Under the pieces are notes generated by a model. That model searched no databases and was not told the origin of the DNA. It saw only the letters and a program-made list of their open reading frames with translations. This document shows, piece by piece, positions 1-10,423 of a stretch of 64,000 nucleotides of DNA (positions are counted from its first letter, which is position 1; the number at the start of each line of letters is the position of its first letter). The stretch is taken from the IMG/VR virus record IMGVR_UViG_3300009167_000001; one strand, written 5' to 3'. Made by a program: the position numbers and the translations under genes. Source of the DNA: an uncultured virus (IMG/VR IMGVR_UViG_3300009167_000001). Lineage: Duplodnaviria > Heunggongvirae > Uroviricota > Caudoviricetes.

Positions 1-2
1 AC

Positions 3-302
3 CTTGAATCTACTTGGACTGAAGTTGAAGTAACATCTGATAATAAAACTTACAAGTTTAAACGCGAGACTAATAAAAGTTTAGTGTTCGATATATCTGG
101 TTTTATTTCTTTGAGTACTTATGCTTTAACTAGAACTGAAGCAGAAGGTTTAAATGATGACTTAAATGATACGCCTTCTGGTACTTATACAGATGGATTT
201 GGAACTACCCGTAGTGTTCTTGTTGATAGTTGGAGCATTAAACCTGTAGCTGCTCTTAATAAATATACCTTTACTATGACTCTAAGAATTCCGGTGACTT
301 AA
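3..302 (+). CDS. Putative tail protein, 5'-truncated by the window edge
   Basis: Frame is open from position 3 through the listed 84..302 ORF; its stop overlaps the ATG of the next tail gene. Confidence 0.45.
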   Translation, partial: LESTWTEVEVTSDNKTYKFKRETNKSLVFDISGFISLSTYALTRTEAEGLNDDLNDTPSGTYTDGFGTTRSVLVDSWSIKPVAALNKYTFTMTLRIPVT

Positions 303-1780
303 TGCCTATTGGAGATGAAGATTACAGCAACAATTTACCCGCTCTAGGAAGATTTAAGCCTGGAAGTGTTGGCTCTGGAGAAGACACAGGAGCATTAGAT
401 GTTACTCTGTCTACTAATTTAGCTGGAGAACCAATTCGTTTTACGCTTAATGAATCCCTTGATAATATTGTTTCAACAGGAACTTTAACTATGCTTAATG
501 CCACTATTGGTGATGAGGGTGAGCAACAAGTTGGAGTTATGGGAGAAGTAAAAACCGAAGAAGATGAAGCTAAATGGGGAACATTATATGATTCTGCTCC
601 TATAGAACCTAATCAATTAGCTACTGTAACCGAAAGTGGTGGTGGATTAGGAACTTGTACTACTTATTGGCGAGTAGTTGGAGTTACTTCATATCTTGAT
701 GAAAACGATGTTCCATACTATGAAGTACAACTTGAAGGATATGGTCAAATCGCTATTGATACTAAGTTTGACCCAAGTAAAATTGTTACAGAGCCTAGTA
801 TGGCATGGTTTTATCTTAAAGATTACTATGATTCTCTAGTAGAAAAATCACAAGCTGATTTAGATAATGATGGTTATATTTCAGAAGAAGAGGTTACAGA
901 TGCGACTGAACAAGAACCTGCCTTAGCCACAATTTTTGCTGGAGCAAGATATATAGTAGATGAACCAACAGATTATTTGACTCCTTTTTTAAATCAATTA
1001 AATGAAGCAGGATTAGAATGTGGTGCTGGAGGAACGCCAGGTATCAGTGTAGTTCCTCTTGAAAGTAAAATTCAAAAAGGTGAAAGTTGTTGGCAAGTAA
1101 TTGAAGATATTCTTGGTCTTAATGGATATATGGCTAGATTCAAAAGAGATAAAAAAATGGTTATGATTGATATAACTGGAACTGAAGGTTGGTCAGCTAT
1201 GCCAACAGCAAAAGCAGATGATGGAACACCTATTTATGACCAGGAGGATATTGATAATCCCCCTCTACAAGATACAGATATAGGAGATTTTGGTAGAGGT
1301 TTACAATTAAGCTATTCAAAAGAAGGTGTCTTTAGCCAAGCTGTTGTATCGGGGATGGTTGGAAAAGTTGGTGAGGATGGATTATGGGTAGTTGATGGTG
1401 AAGACCCTAAAGAAGTAATTGTAACATCATCAGCAGGATTAAACATTCTTAATGGTCAAGTAGTAGAATTAGCTGTTCAAGTTGAAGAGAGATATCATTT
1501 ACAATCTACTGATGAACTAACAAAGTTTGGTCAAAAAGAGCTTTATAAGTCAGTAATAGGAGCTAGAAGTGCTACCTATGATAGTGAGTCTGTACCATTA
1601 GCAGTAGAAGTAGGAATGAGCATGACTGGTTCTTCAAAACTTGGTGGAGCTACTAATATTTTTATTACAGCCTTGAATAGAACTACAGATGCTCAACAAA
1701 ATAAAATAACTACTGGATTATCTGGTACTCGTATTACTGGTGGTGCTGGTGGAGAAGAAAATACTATGGGATGGGAATAA
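302..1780 (+). CDS. Putative baseplate hub / tail protein
   Basis: 492 aa acidic, beta-rich protein in a tail module; hub-like segments 'IQKGESCWQVIEDILGLNGYMARF' and C-terminal 'IFITALNRT...TTGL'. Confidence 0.55.
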   Translation: MPIGDEDYSNNLPALGRFKPGSVGSGEDTGALDVTLSTNLAGEPIRFTLNESLDNIVSTGTLTMLNATIGDEGEQQVGVMGEVKTEEDEAKWGTLYDSAPIEPNQLATVTESGGGLGTCTTYWRVVGVTSYLDENDVPYYEVQLEGYGQIAIDTKFDPSKIVTEPSMAWFYLKDYYDSLVEKSQADLDNDGYISEEEVTDATEQEPALATIFAGARYIVDEPTDYLTPFLNQLNEAGLECGAGGTPGISVVPLESKIQKGESCWQVIEDILGLNGYMARFKRDKKMVMIDITGTEGWSAMPTAKADDGTPIYDQEDIDNPPLQDTDIGDFGRGLQLSYSKEGVFSQAVVSGMVGKVGEDGLWVVDGEDPKEVIVTSSAGLNILNGQVVELAVQVEERYHLQSTDELTKFGQKELYKSVIGARSATYDSESVPLAVEVGMSMTGSSKLGGATNIFITALNRTTDAQQNKITTGLSGTRITGGAGGEENTMGWE

Positions 1781-2286
1781 TGACTAAGAAAATAAATCTA
1801 AAAGCCTATACTTATCCAGCACGGAATTTAAATTATAGTGCTGGTGATATACTAAAAAAAATGCGTCAAAATCAAGAACTTGCTAGAATTAAACAAGCAA
1901 ATGGATTAGTAACTCTTGGTGTAATGGAAGCAACACAAGTTGAAGGTGGTTATGGATGGGCTATAAGTGACTATATTCCATTTGCCTTTGCTTATGTTTC
2001 TAGACCAATATTTACTTCAGGATTAGATGGAACGGCTGGAATAGATTTTAGTGCGCTTGGAGACAATATGTATACTCAAGCACTTCCAACATCATTATCT
2101 GAGCTAACAGCAGAAGATTATCAACCGGCGATTTTTATACCTAGAGTAATTCATTGGCATATTGAAGATAAAATCTTCTTTGGATGCTATCTTTTAGTAT
2201 GTCAAGTAAACTCAGAGTGTACTGAAACCGATAAAGTAGTAAGAATACATTATAGATTCGAAGGAAAAGGATATGTAGCCTCTTAG
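1771..2286 (+). CDS. Hypothetical virion protein
   Basis: 171 aa ORF overlapping the upstream tail gene. Confidence 0.45.
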   Translation: MGIMTKKINLKAYTYPARNLNYSAGDILKKMRQNQELARIKQANGLVTLGVMEATQVEGGYGWAISDYIPFAFAYVSRPIFTSGLDGTAGIDFSALGDNMYTQALPTSLSELTAEDYQPAIFIPRVIHWHIEDKIFFGCYLLVCQVNSECTETDKVVRIHYRFEGKGYVAS

Positions 2287-2302
2287 TAGGAAAGGATAAA
2301 AC

Positions 2303-4072
2303 ATGACAGTAACAACAACAGATTATTTTGGATTTACAGCAGTTCATAATGCAGTTCCCTCTACTAATGATTGGGCAGCTACTTATTGGAATTGGATTGC
2401 CGCCGATGAAATTTTATATGGGCTTGTAGCACATACACATACTGGAGCAGCAGCAGTACAAAATCCTACAGGAACATTGTCATTAAGTACGGCAACAACA
2501 GGAGGATATTTACCGGCCAGTACAACTTATTATATCGCAATAACTTATGTTGATGCTCTTACAAGAGAAACGGCAGCTTCAGATGTTGTAAGCATAGCAA
2601 CAGGAGCAGGAATAACAACTCCTACTACACCTACTATAAATGATGATGCTACTCCTACTGATATTCAAACTTGTCCTGGTGGTCTTACTGGTGGAGATTA
2701 TTGGTATAAAATCTCTTACACAAAAGATGGGGGAGAATCCTTACCAAGCGCACCAGTATATGTATCAATTCCTACTGATGATACTTATGAATGTACTATT
2801 CATTTTCAATCTCTTAATGAAGTTGCTAATGGTGCAGATGCAATATTTGTTTACAGAAAAATTGGAAACTCTGGTAGCTATGTAAAACTAGCTGAAATTA
2901 CTGCTGGAGCTACAAATTCTTATACTGATGATAACACTGGAGTACCTACTTGTGATAAGGCTCCTGTAACTGCTAGTACGATTAGTTCTTTCAATACAAT
3001 TACAATAAATTGGGCTGCACTTGATTATACTAGTGCAGAAAAAGTAAGAATTTATGGAACTACAACTAGTGGAACTTATCCAACTAATTCTCTTATTGCT
3101 GAAGTAGATATGAATGATGCTACTCCTGTAGAAGAATATGAATGGACTGGAGTAGCAAGAACATTAGGAAAACCCCCAGCAGTTAGCCATTGTTATTCTA
3201 GCCCTGGAAAGATTACCCTAACTGCTGGCGCAGAAATAGAAGGTAACTTACCTTGGGCAAATCTTCCTTCTGATTTTAGTTGGCAAGCACCTGTAGCTAA
3301 TTCTGCGGCATTACCTGATGGAATCGCAGGAGAAGCCAGAGTAGTTCTGGATGAAGATGCTATCTATATTTGGGATGATGATTTAGCTACTCCTGCATGG
3401 ACTAAGGTATCAGGCTTAGTTGATTTTGAAGAGCTTGAAATTGAGGCTTTTGGAGTTATTAACTGGGATAGCATGACTACTGTAGGAATTGCCAATACTC
3501 ATTTACTCATTGTTATACCAGAAGAAGCAGAATCTTCTGACAACAACAATAAAATGGTAGGTCTATTTGTTTGGCGCGAAGATTGGGCCACTCCTGCATG
3601 GCAACGTCTTAATTATTGTTTGCCATTTGAATACACAGCAATTGGTAAAACTCCATTTAGTACTGATGAACCAGGAGTTATGTGGGTAAGATATAGTGAA
3701 TCAGAAGATACTTATTATCTTGCCTATAATAATCAGGATGGGTCTGCTACATGGACGTTTCCACTGGTTATAAGTAATCAAGCTGTTGGTTCATTAAATG
3801 ATGAAATAGGATATTTTGGTTGGTGGGAAACTGGAATGGATGATATAACACCTAACTATAGTTATGGTGCTATAAGATTTAACTGGGATGATAAAGCATT
3901 TCAATATTATGATGATACTATTGCTACTCCTGCTTGGGTTGATGGACCAGGAGTAGTAAAAACTGGAGAAACTGTGGCTGATGTTGCTGAAGATGCTACT
4001 CCTACTCCTGAGCAGCTAAAAATAAATGAGATACTAGAAGTGCTTAGAACTTCTGGTCTTATTGAAACCTAA
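2303..4072 (+). CDS. Putative tail/baseplate structural protein with FN3-like beta-sandwich segments
   Basis: Thr-rich; repeated 'YYIAITYV...ET.AS' / 'YWYKISY...GES.PS' and 'FVYRK...Y.D' patterns; SD AGGA upstream. Confidence 0.55.
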   Translation: MTVTTTDYFGFTAVHNAVPSTNDWAATYWNWIAADEILYGLVAHTHTGAAAVQNPTGTLSLSTATTGGYLPASTTYYIAITYVDALTRETAASDVVSIATGAGITTPTTPTINDDATPTDIQTCPGGLTGGDYWYKISYTKDGGESLPSAPVYVSIPTDDTYECTIHFQSLNEVANGADAIFVYRKIGNSGSYVKLAEITAGATNSYTDDNTGVPTCDKAPVTASTISSFNTITINWAALDYTSAEKVRIYGTTTSGTYPTNSLIAEVDMNDATPVEEYEWTGVARTLGKPPAVSHCYSSPGKITLTAGAEIEGNLPWANLPSDFSWQAPVANSAALPDGIAGEARVVLDEDAIYIWDDDLATPAWTKVSGLVDFEELEIEAFGVINWDSMTTVGIANTHLLIVIPEEAESSDNNNKMVGLFVWREDWATPAWQRLNYCLPFEYTAIGKTPFSTDEPGVMWVRYSESEDTYYLAYNNQDGSATWTFPLVISNQAVGSLNDEIGYFGWWETGMDDITPNYSYGAIRFNWDDKAFQYYDDTIATPAWVDGPGVVKTGETVADVAEDATPTPEQLKINEILEVLRTSGLIET

Positions 4073-4089
4073 TATTTAGGAGCCGCTGA

Positions 4090-4956
4090 ATGCCATCAGC
4101 TAGAAAAAGAATAATTTATACTCATGATGATTGGGATTGGGATTTACAAGCTGAAGGATATTATTTTTTTAGTGACCAATTACCCGAACTATATACTGAT
4201 GCTATTAATGGAACACATGACCATCTAACTAAAATTGGAACTGATAGACATTTTACTACTGGTAAAGTAATAGTTACAGACATAGATAATATATGGGATA
4301 TAGTCAATGCTAGACAAACAAACAGTTCCAGTAATAATGGATACCTTCGTTATACTGAGATTAGAATGGATGAAGACCCAGCAGTAGCTTGGGATAATAT
4401 ATTAACTGATTCTGGTGGCGGTTTTATCTTTTTTGACTTCACAGTAGGTAATTTTTCTCCAGGAAAAAGACTATATTATTTAACTGAAGGTGCTAATGCG
4501 GGAAATTATAGTGCGCGTTGGGAAGTGTTGTGGTTAAATTTTTGGGGAATGGCAACTGATAGAACACCAATAACAAAGCGTATCTATTTTCCTATAGGTT
4601 ATAGCACTTCTAGCTATAATTTATGTGTTTCAGAAACAGTTAGCATTTATCTTCAAAATTCTGGAGATTATCCTACTAGTACTGCTGAAGCACAAGCTAA
4701 ACAGTATTCCCCAGGAACTTTGCTATATACTTTTCCTACAATAGCTTCTACTGGAAGACAGTATGCTGCATTAGATATTACAACTAGTGTTGCTGCTCCT
4801 GTTACTTTGATGATAACATCAACTAATCAAACATCACAACCAACAATAGAAGATGAAACTGATGGTACTAGTCACAATAGAGAGGCAGCACTATTGATGC
4901 AGGTTGATTCCTCTCATTATGCTAAACTAGTACAATATTATGGTTGGGTGGGCTAA
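4090..4956 (+). CDS. Hypothetical virion protein
   Basis: 288 aa ORF with AGGAG SD, in the structural module. Confidence 0.45.
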   Translation: MPSARKRIIYTHDDWDWDLQAEGYYFFSDQLPELYTDAINGTHDHLTKIGTDRHFTTGKVIVTDIDNIWDIVNARQTNSSSNNGYLRYTEIRMDEDPAVAWDNILTDSGGGFIFFDFTVGNFSPGKRLYYLTEGANAGNYSARWEVLWLNFWGMATDRTPITKRIYFPIGYSTSSYNLCVSETVSIYLQNSGDYPTSTAEAQAKQYSPGTLLYTFPTIASTGRQYAALDITTSVAAPVTLMITSTNQTSQPTIEDETDGTSHNREAALLMQVDSSHYAKLVQYYGWVG

Positions 4957-6248
4957 TGGCTTTAACTTATTATCATCCAGATATGTCATTTTATAATATT
5001 TCAGAGACAAACCATAAACATATAAAAGTATGGGAGTCTAGAGATAATGGTAACACATGGGAAGTTCTTCATAATGGTGGTTATATAAATTGTAACTCTC
5101 CTTCAGACTATTTTTCAACAGTAGCTAGTCCTGTTGGTGGAGATTACAAAAAAGGACTAATGGCAGAAACTACTCCCTTTGCCTTTGATGAAGATAGAAA
5201 TATCCATGTATGCCAAATTGTTTATAGGCATTCATCTGATTCTGTTGACCAAGGATTTACAGGTATAAAATATTTTATCAATGATGAGGTTGTACTAGAA
5301 AAAACTTTATATTTAATGCTTAATCAAGCTGATGTAACTGATGTTTGGGAAGATGGTACAGATTATCGTGCAATTGAAGGCCAATTAATAGTTAAGGATG
5401 ATGGTACAGCTAAGTTTTTTCTGTTTCCAGATAAAAGAGTTATCTCAGGAGGTTCAGCAACTTGGACTAATGCTTTCCATGTAGTTAACTTTAATGTTAC
5501 TGGTTCAAGTGCTACTTATGTTAATACTGAAACTTATGACCTTGGAATTACTAGTGATGGTTCTCCAACTGGCTATAAACTATTTTTTGTTCATGAAAAA
5601 GCTGACGGAACTTATTATGTTGGTGCATTATTAAATGAAAAGGCTGTTCTAATTGCCTATGATGGAGAAAGTGCTACTCTAGTAGAGAACTACTCATTAG
5701 GAACCAATAATAAATATGATATAACAATAACCGATGATTATATGGCTATTATCTCAAGTACAAGAGATACAATAAAGATATATAAAATTGCTGATGATTC
5801 ATGGGTAACAATGCCACCTTCTGGAGCTTATGCAGAAAGTATTACTACGTCACTTTTTGTCAATATTATAGGCACTAAAGTTTTTCTATATGCTGATATC
5901 TATTATTATGAAACTGTAGAAGATGAGGCTGGAGTAGGGAAAATTTATTACAGAGATATAGAAACTGGAACTGAATGGCTTACCTTTTCAGTTCCTCCAG
6001 GAAACTCAAGAGTTGGTTATGATTTACCTGAACCCGGTACTTTTCCAGAGGTTATGATTACTTCACGTTCTGAAGAAGAGGGAATTGAATTCGTTTTGTG
6101 TAGAGTGGTTGGTTATTGGGGGGGAGTTGATGTGACTACGGCTCCAGCCGATATCATGTATGTAAGGGTTTCTCTTATTGGTTCAGCAGAAGCAGGACCA
6201 AACAGTGAAAGAGCAAATAAAACTAATAATAAATATGGAGCAGGATAA
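4944..6248 (+). CDS. Putative beta-propeller / receptor-binding virion protein
   Basis: Asp-box-like 'SRDNGNTW' motif, beta-rich composition, tail context. Confidence 0.4.
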   Translation: MGGLMALTYYHPDMSFYNISETNHKHIKVWESRDNGNTWEVLHNGGYINCNSPSDYFSTVASPVGGDYKKGLMAETTPFAFDEDRNIHVCQIVYRHSSDSVDQGFTGIKYFINDEVVLEKTLYLMLNQADVTDVWEDGTDYRAIEGQLIVKDDGTAKFFLFPDKRVISGGSATWTNAFHVVNFNVTGSSATYVNTETYDLGITSDGSPTGYKLFFVHEKADGTYYVGALLNEKAVLIAYDGESATLVENYSLGTNNKYDITITDDYMAIISSTRDTIKIYKIADDSWVTMPPSGAYAESITTSLFVNIIGTKVFLYADIYYYETVEDEAGVGKIYYRDIETGTEWLTFSVPPGNSRVGYDLPEPGTFPEVMITSRSEEEGIEFVLCRVVGYWGGVDVTTAPADIMYVRVSLIGSAEAGPNSERANKTNNKYGAG

Positions 6249-6805
6249 TGAGTTTACCAATAGAACAACTTATAGCTGGAGTTTTTATGCTGTTCGGCGC
6301 ACTTGTCACCGGCTTCTTTTCGGTGTATACTGCCAAGGTGAACAAAAAAATCTCTCAGGTAAAGAAGAAAACTGAGCAGAATCAGACATTAACGGCAGAA
6401 AATGGTATACTAGAACAGATAATCCCTGCTTTGGAAAGAAAGGACGAGGCACTTGACAAAATCGCTGAAGTACTCGATAATATCCTTAGAGCGCAGACTC
6501 TTACCAGTCAGCAGCTAAAAAGTTTAACTATTATCACTGAGGCAAGATGCCAAGCTCTTGATTTAATAAAGACTATAAAGGCCATAGAAGATGCTAGGAT
6601 TATGCGAGAAAAGCTTTCCCAATTAAAAGACGATAAACAAGATGCTATTCAAATAAGACAAGATGCTACCCAAATAAGGCAAGATGTTAGTCAAATAAGA
6701 GTAGATGCTGCTCAAGAAAGAGTAGATAAAGCTGCTGAAGGATATGTATCAACTTTGGATGAAATAGTTAAGGCTCTTGAAAATGGTAAAAATAACTGCA
6801 AATAA
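6248..6805 (+). CDS. Membrane-anchored coiled-coil protein, possibly lysis-associated
   Basis: N-terminal hydrophobic helix followed by heptad repeats QDAIQIR/QDATQIR/QDVSQIR. Confidence 0.45.
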   Translation: MSLPIEQLIAGVFMLFGALVTGFFSVYTAKVNKKISQVKKKTEQNQTLTAENGILEQIIPALERKDEALDKIAEVLDNILRAQTLTSQQLKSLTIITEARCQALDLIKTIKAIEDARIMREKLSQLKDDKQDAIQIRQDATQIRQDVSQIRVDAAQERVDKAAEGYVSTLDEIVKALENGKNNCK

Positions 6806-7013
6806 GGAAAGGGGGTGGGTATAGACTAGTTTAGTCTAGTTAAAAAGATGCCAGTTTTGAAGACACTCCAAAAAATAGATGAACTCGCTGTTAAACAGGA
6901 GGAAATAGAAAAGCGAGAGTTAGCGCGTAGAGAAGACCTTATGCTACGTTTAGCCAAAAGTAAGAATAACAACTTAAAGTTGTTTAGTTTAAAATCAAAA
7001 GGAGAGTAAATTT

Positions 7014-8114
7014 TTGCAAGCTGACCAATTTCAATTCATAGGTGAACGATTAAAAGAAGAACAGTCGTGGAAAGAAGTAACAACAGAATTTAATAACGAA
7101 TATAAAATAGGTGTCACTCAAGAGGCACTAAGAAAGAGGTATCAAAGGGAGATTTCAAGGTTAGAAACTCTAGGCGATGACCCAGTAGAAAAGGCTTTTA
7201 GGCTGATAAGAACAAATCCCCAAAAGCCTACTGATTTAGCCAAGAGGTTTAATTTAGATATGGATGGTCTTGAAGACCTTCTAGATGACTTGCTTAATAG
7301 TAGAACAGCCATAAAATTCCATCAAGGATATCTTGTCTTTGATAGGTTAGCTCCTACTCCTGATAACATATCTCATAAGATTAACTTGTTTAAGGACGGA
7401 GAATGGATTAAATGGGGAATTATGGCAGACCCTCATATTTGTTCTACTCATGAGCAGTTAGACCTTCTATATAACTTCTATAAGATTTGTGAAGAAGAGA
7501 AAGTAGAAGGTGTTATTTGTGCAGGAGATTTCACTTCAGGTAACGGTACAGTATATCGTGGTCAAATGCAAGACCTTAAAATAGTTGGAGAAGATAAGCA
7601 AATTAACTATGTTTGCTCTGTGTTTCCTCAAACTAGTCTTAAAACCTATACTATTAGTGGAAACCATGACTTAGACCTTTATAAACAATGTGGCTCTGAT
7701 ATTGTTCAAAAAATAGCTGATAAACGAGATGATATTGTCTATCTAGGTAAAATGAGCGCCACTATGGAACAGGATGGTATTAAATTTCTTGTCCATCATG
7801 GTGAAGGTGGATTAGGATTAGTTCGTAGCTACAAACCACAAAGAATTCTTGATAGTTTAAAAGCAGAATCAATTTGTGATGTGTCTATTATAGGGCATTG
7901 GCATATTTCTCTTTATATGCCTAGCTATCGTGACTCTATTGTATTACTACCTGCTTGTTTTGAAGCTCAGAGTGATTACCTTATTAAAAAACGGCTAGAC
8001 CCTGATGTTGGCGGGGTTATATTGCATATGAAAGTAGCCGATATTGATGGTATCAAGAAAATTGTTAGACATAAAGTTGATTTTCTAGATTTGGGGGTTT
8101 TAAAAGGAGCGTAA
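7014..8114 (+). CDS. Calcineurin-like metallophosphoesterase with N-terminal HTH-like region
   Basis: Motifs DPH, AGDF, GNHD, HHG, GHWH. Confidence 0.8.
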   Translation: MQADQFQFIGERLKEEQSWKEVTTEFNNEYKIGVTQEALRKRYQREISRLETLGDDPVEKAFRLIRTNPQKPTDLAKRFNLDMDGLEDLLDDLLNSRTAIKFHQGYLVFDRLAPTPDNISHKINLFKDGEWIKWGIMADPHICSTHEQLDLLYNFYKICEEEKVEGVICAGDFTSGNGTVYRGQMQDLKIVGEDKQINYVCSVFPQTSLKTYTISGNHDLDLYKQCGSDIVQKIADKRDDIVYLGKMSATMEQDGIKFLVHHGEGGLGLVRSYKPQRILDSLKAESICDVSIIGHWHISLYMPSYRDSIVLLPACFEAQSDYLIKKRLDPDVGGVILHMKVADIDGIKKIVRHKVDFLDLGVLKGA

Positions 8115-8316
8115 TGAAAAAAGAGAAAGACAGAAAATTACCTTCTGCCTGTTATGATTACCTAATTAAAAATGGAATGGATGAAGCCGTAGCCTTAGAA
8201 ATAGATGAATATACACAGCAGAAAGAGAAAAGACGCAAAAGAATGGAGCGAAAGGACAAGGATGAAAAATGGAAATAAGAAATAAGTGTAAAACTAAAAA
8301 GAAAGGAAAGAAATAA

Positions 8317-8682
8317 ATGGAAGAAATTACTTGGCAGGGATTAGCAACTCTTCCTGGTGCCGTTGCTGCTGTAACGCTAGTTTTAACTATTCTTAAAGCT
8401 GTTTTAGGAATTTACTGGACAGAATTCGTAAATAGAATTGCTGCTCTAGCTCTTTCTGTAGCAGTTGTTGTTGGTGTTACTGCATATTTTGGTAATGGTG
8501 AATGGCCTAGCTATATTCTAGCCGTATTTAACGGTTTAATTGTTGCTGGAGCCTTACTAGGTGTAACTCAGGTCTATAATCGTAAGATTGTAGAAGATAG
8601 AGCATTAGGATTTAAACCTAGATTTAGAGATATATTTAAAAGAAAACCTAAAGAAGTAACGTTCGCTAAAAAAGGCAAATAA
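8317..8682 (+). CDS. Putative holin
   Basis: Three hydrophobic helices and a basic C-terminus, upstream of the endolysin. Confidence 0.6.
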   Translation: MEEITWQGLATLPGAVAAVTLVLTILKAVLGIYWTEFVNRIAALALSVAVVVGVTAYFGNGEWPSYILAVFNGLIVAGALLGVTQVYNRKIVEDRALGFKPRFRDIFKRKPKEVTFAKKGK

Positions 8683-8685
8683 ATT

Positions 8686-9294
8686 GTGGAAACAATAGAT
8701 TGGGCATCTGCACTTCAAGATACGGCTCTTATTGCTGGTGTATCTACAGCAATATTCTTTGTCCTTGATTTTATCAAGAGACTTTACTATAAACTACCTT
8801 GGGGGTGGGTACAAAAAACGCCGGGAGAAGTGTGGTTTGCCCTTTCTATTGCTTTAGGATTAGCAGTTGCATTACTTATTTTATGGCCTGTTCTAACCGC
8901 TGGTGAAGGTTCCTTGTTTAATAAATTTACGGCTGGTATTTATGGTCTTGTTTTTGGTGCTGGAAGTAAACTAATTAACTCTATATCATCTTCGGCAGGA
9001 TTAAAGCTTAAAGCTTCTAAAGAAGAATCAACAGCAAGAATTGAAGCTGCTAAAAATGGAAAAAATGGAACTGCTACTACTATGACTAGCTCTACTGAAA
9101 TACCTCCTGTTCAAGCGCCAGTATTTACGGAAGAAGCAACTCCTTCAATTGAAGAACGAGTAGAAGAAACTAAACAGAGAATAAAAGAAAAGGTTCCTGA
9201 TGTAACCTTTATGAAAGAAGTGAAACCAGACGTAGATTATGTTATAATTAATGGTACAGTGTATTACAATACGAAAGGAAAGACTGATGGATGA
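8686..9294 (+). CDS. Putative holin-like membrane protein
   Basis: Three TM segments then a soluble tail; directly precedes the endolysin. Confidence 0.5.
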   Translation: METIDWASALQDTALIAGVSTAIFFVLDFIKRLYYKLPWGWVQKTPGEVWFALSIALGLAVALLILWPVLTAGEGSLFNKFTAGIYGLVFGAGSKLINSISSSAGLKLKASKEESTARIEAAKNGKNGTATTMTSSTEIPPVQAPVFTEEATPSIEERVEETKQRIKEKVPDVTFMKEVKPDVDYVIINGTVYYNTKGKTDG

Positions 9295-10255
9295 AATTTT
9301 CTTAGAAGAGAATCCTAAGTTATTAGACACAGACGTAGTTCCTAATGAGGATGCTCCAGAAGAAGTTGATGCTAATATTCTTGGAACTGTTCCTTATTCC
9401 AAATGGGGAAACCCTTGGTCTTCAGGATATTTTAATGAATATGTAGTAAGAGTTAGTTTTATGGGAAAAAGTATGCTTTGGCATAAATGGGCAGTTGTTC
9501 CCTTTATGAATGTGCAAAAGAAACTTGTTGCTGAAGGTTTTGATACTAGTTATCATTGGGAAGTTATGTATACTTATAGCAAAAGATATATTGCTGGAAC
9601 ACACCAGACTAGTAATCATGCTTTTCCAGTAGCTATAGATATAAATCCTAAGCAAAATCCAATGCGTTATGATAACAAATTAATAACAGACCTTCCTCCT
9701 AGAATTGTACAGATTTTTAAAGAAGAAGGTTTTAAATGGGGTGGAACCTATATTCATGTAAAAGACACTATGCATTTTGAATATCTTGGTGAACCAGTTA
9801 AAAACTATAATTATAGAAGAACCTTATCATTAAAAGAACCAATGATGAAAGGAAAAGACGTAACCGAAGCGCAAGATTTAATGAAATATTATGGATACAA
9901 TATAGCTGTTGACGGTACATTTGGTAAACAGACCGATGCTATGGCTCGTTCTTTTCAAGCTAGTAAAATGCTTACAAGCGATGGGATTATCGGTACTGTT
10001 ACTTGGACTGAGTTATTAGCTAAAAGACCAGATAGAGTTCTTAAAAAAGGTCTAGATGGTAAAGATGTTCTTTGGGTACAAAAAGTGCTATACAAAATTG
10101 GTGTTACAGTTGGTTGGACAGAAGATGACCTTGATGGTAAATTTGGAAGCAAAACCTTAGTGGCGGTTGAAGCTTTTCAAACCCAAAATGGTCTAGAAGT
10201 AGATGGCATAGTTGGAGCTAATACATGGAAAATGCTTCGTTATAAGTCTAACTAA
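9287..10255 (+). CDS. Endolysin: M15-family peptidase plus two peptidoglycan-binding domains
   Basis: SNHAF..AIDIN and 'WGG...DTMHFE' peptidase motifs; two PGBD repeats (G.DV..Q...DG.FG..T...FQ...L..DGI.G..TW); ATG at 9287 follows AAAGGA. Confidence 0.85.
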   Translation: MDEIFLEENPKLLDTDVVPNEDAPEEVDANILGTVPYSKWGNPWSSGYFNEYVVRVSFMGKSMLWHKWAVVPFMNVQKKLVAEGFDTSYHWEVMYTYSKRYIAGTHQTSNHAFPVAIDINPKQNPMRYDNKLITDLPPRIVQIFKEEGFKWGGTYIHVKDTMHFEYLGEPVKNYNYRRTLSLKEPMMKGKDVTEAQDLMKYYGYNIAVDGTFGKQTDAMARSFQASKMLTSDGIIGTVTWTELLAKRPDRVLKKGLDGKDVLWVQKVLYKIGVTVGWTEDDLDGKFGSKTLVAVEAFQTQNGLEVDGIVGANTWKMLRYKSN

Positions 10256-10375
10256 TTTTGTCGATATATACTATAGACAGCACCCGAATCGTTACGCCAT
10301 AAACAACAGGTTGGAACTTGGGCGTTTAACTAAGGTGCAAGAGGAACGAAGCGAGAACCTCTATAAAAACTCTCC

Positions 10376-10407
10376 AAGAGCCACTCAAAAGTAGTGGCTC
10401 TTATTTA
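10376..10407 (+). terminator. Probable intrinsic terminator after the lysis genes
   Basis: AAGAGCCACT-caaaagt-AGTGGCTCTT hairpin followed by ATTTA. Confidence 0.5.
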
Positions 10408-10423
10408 TAGAAAGGAGACTCAA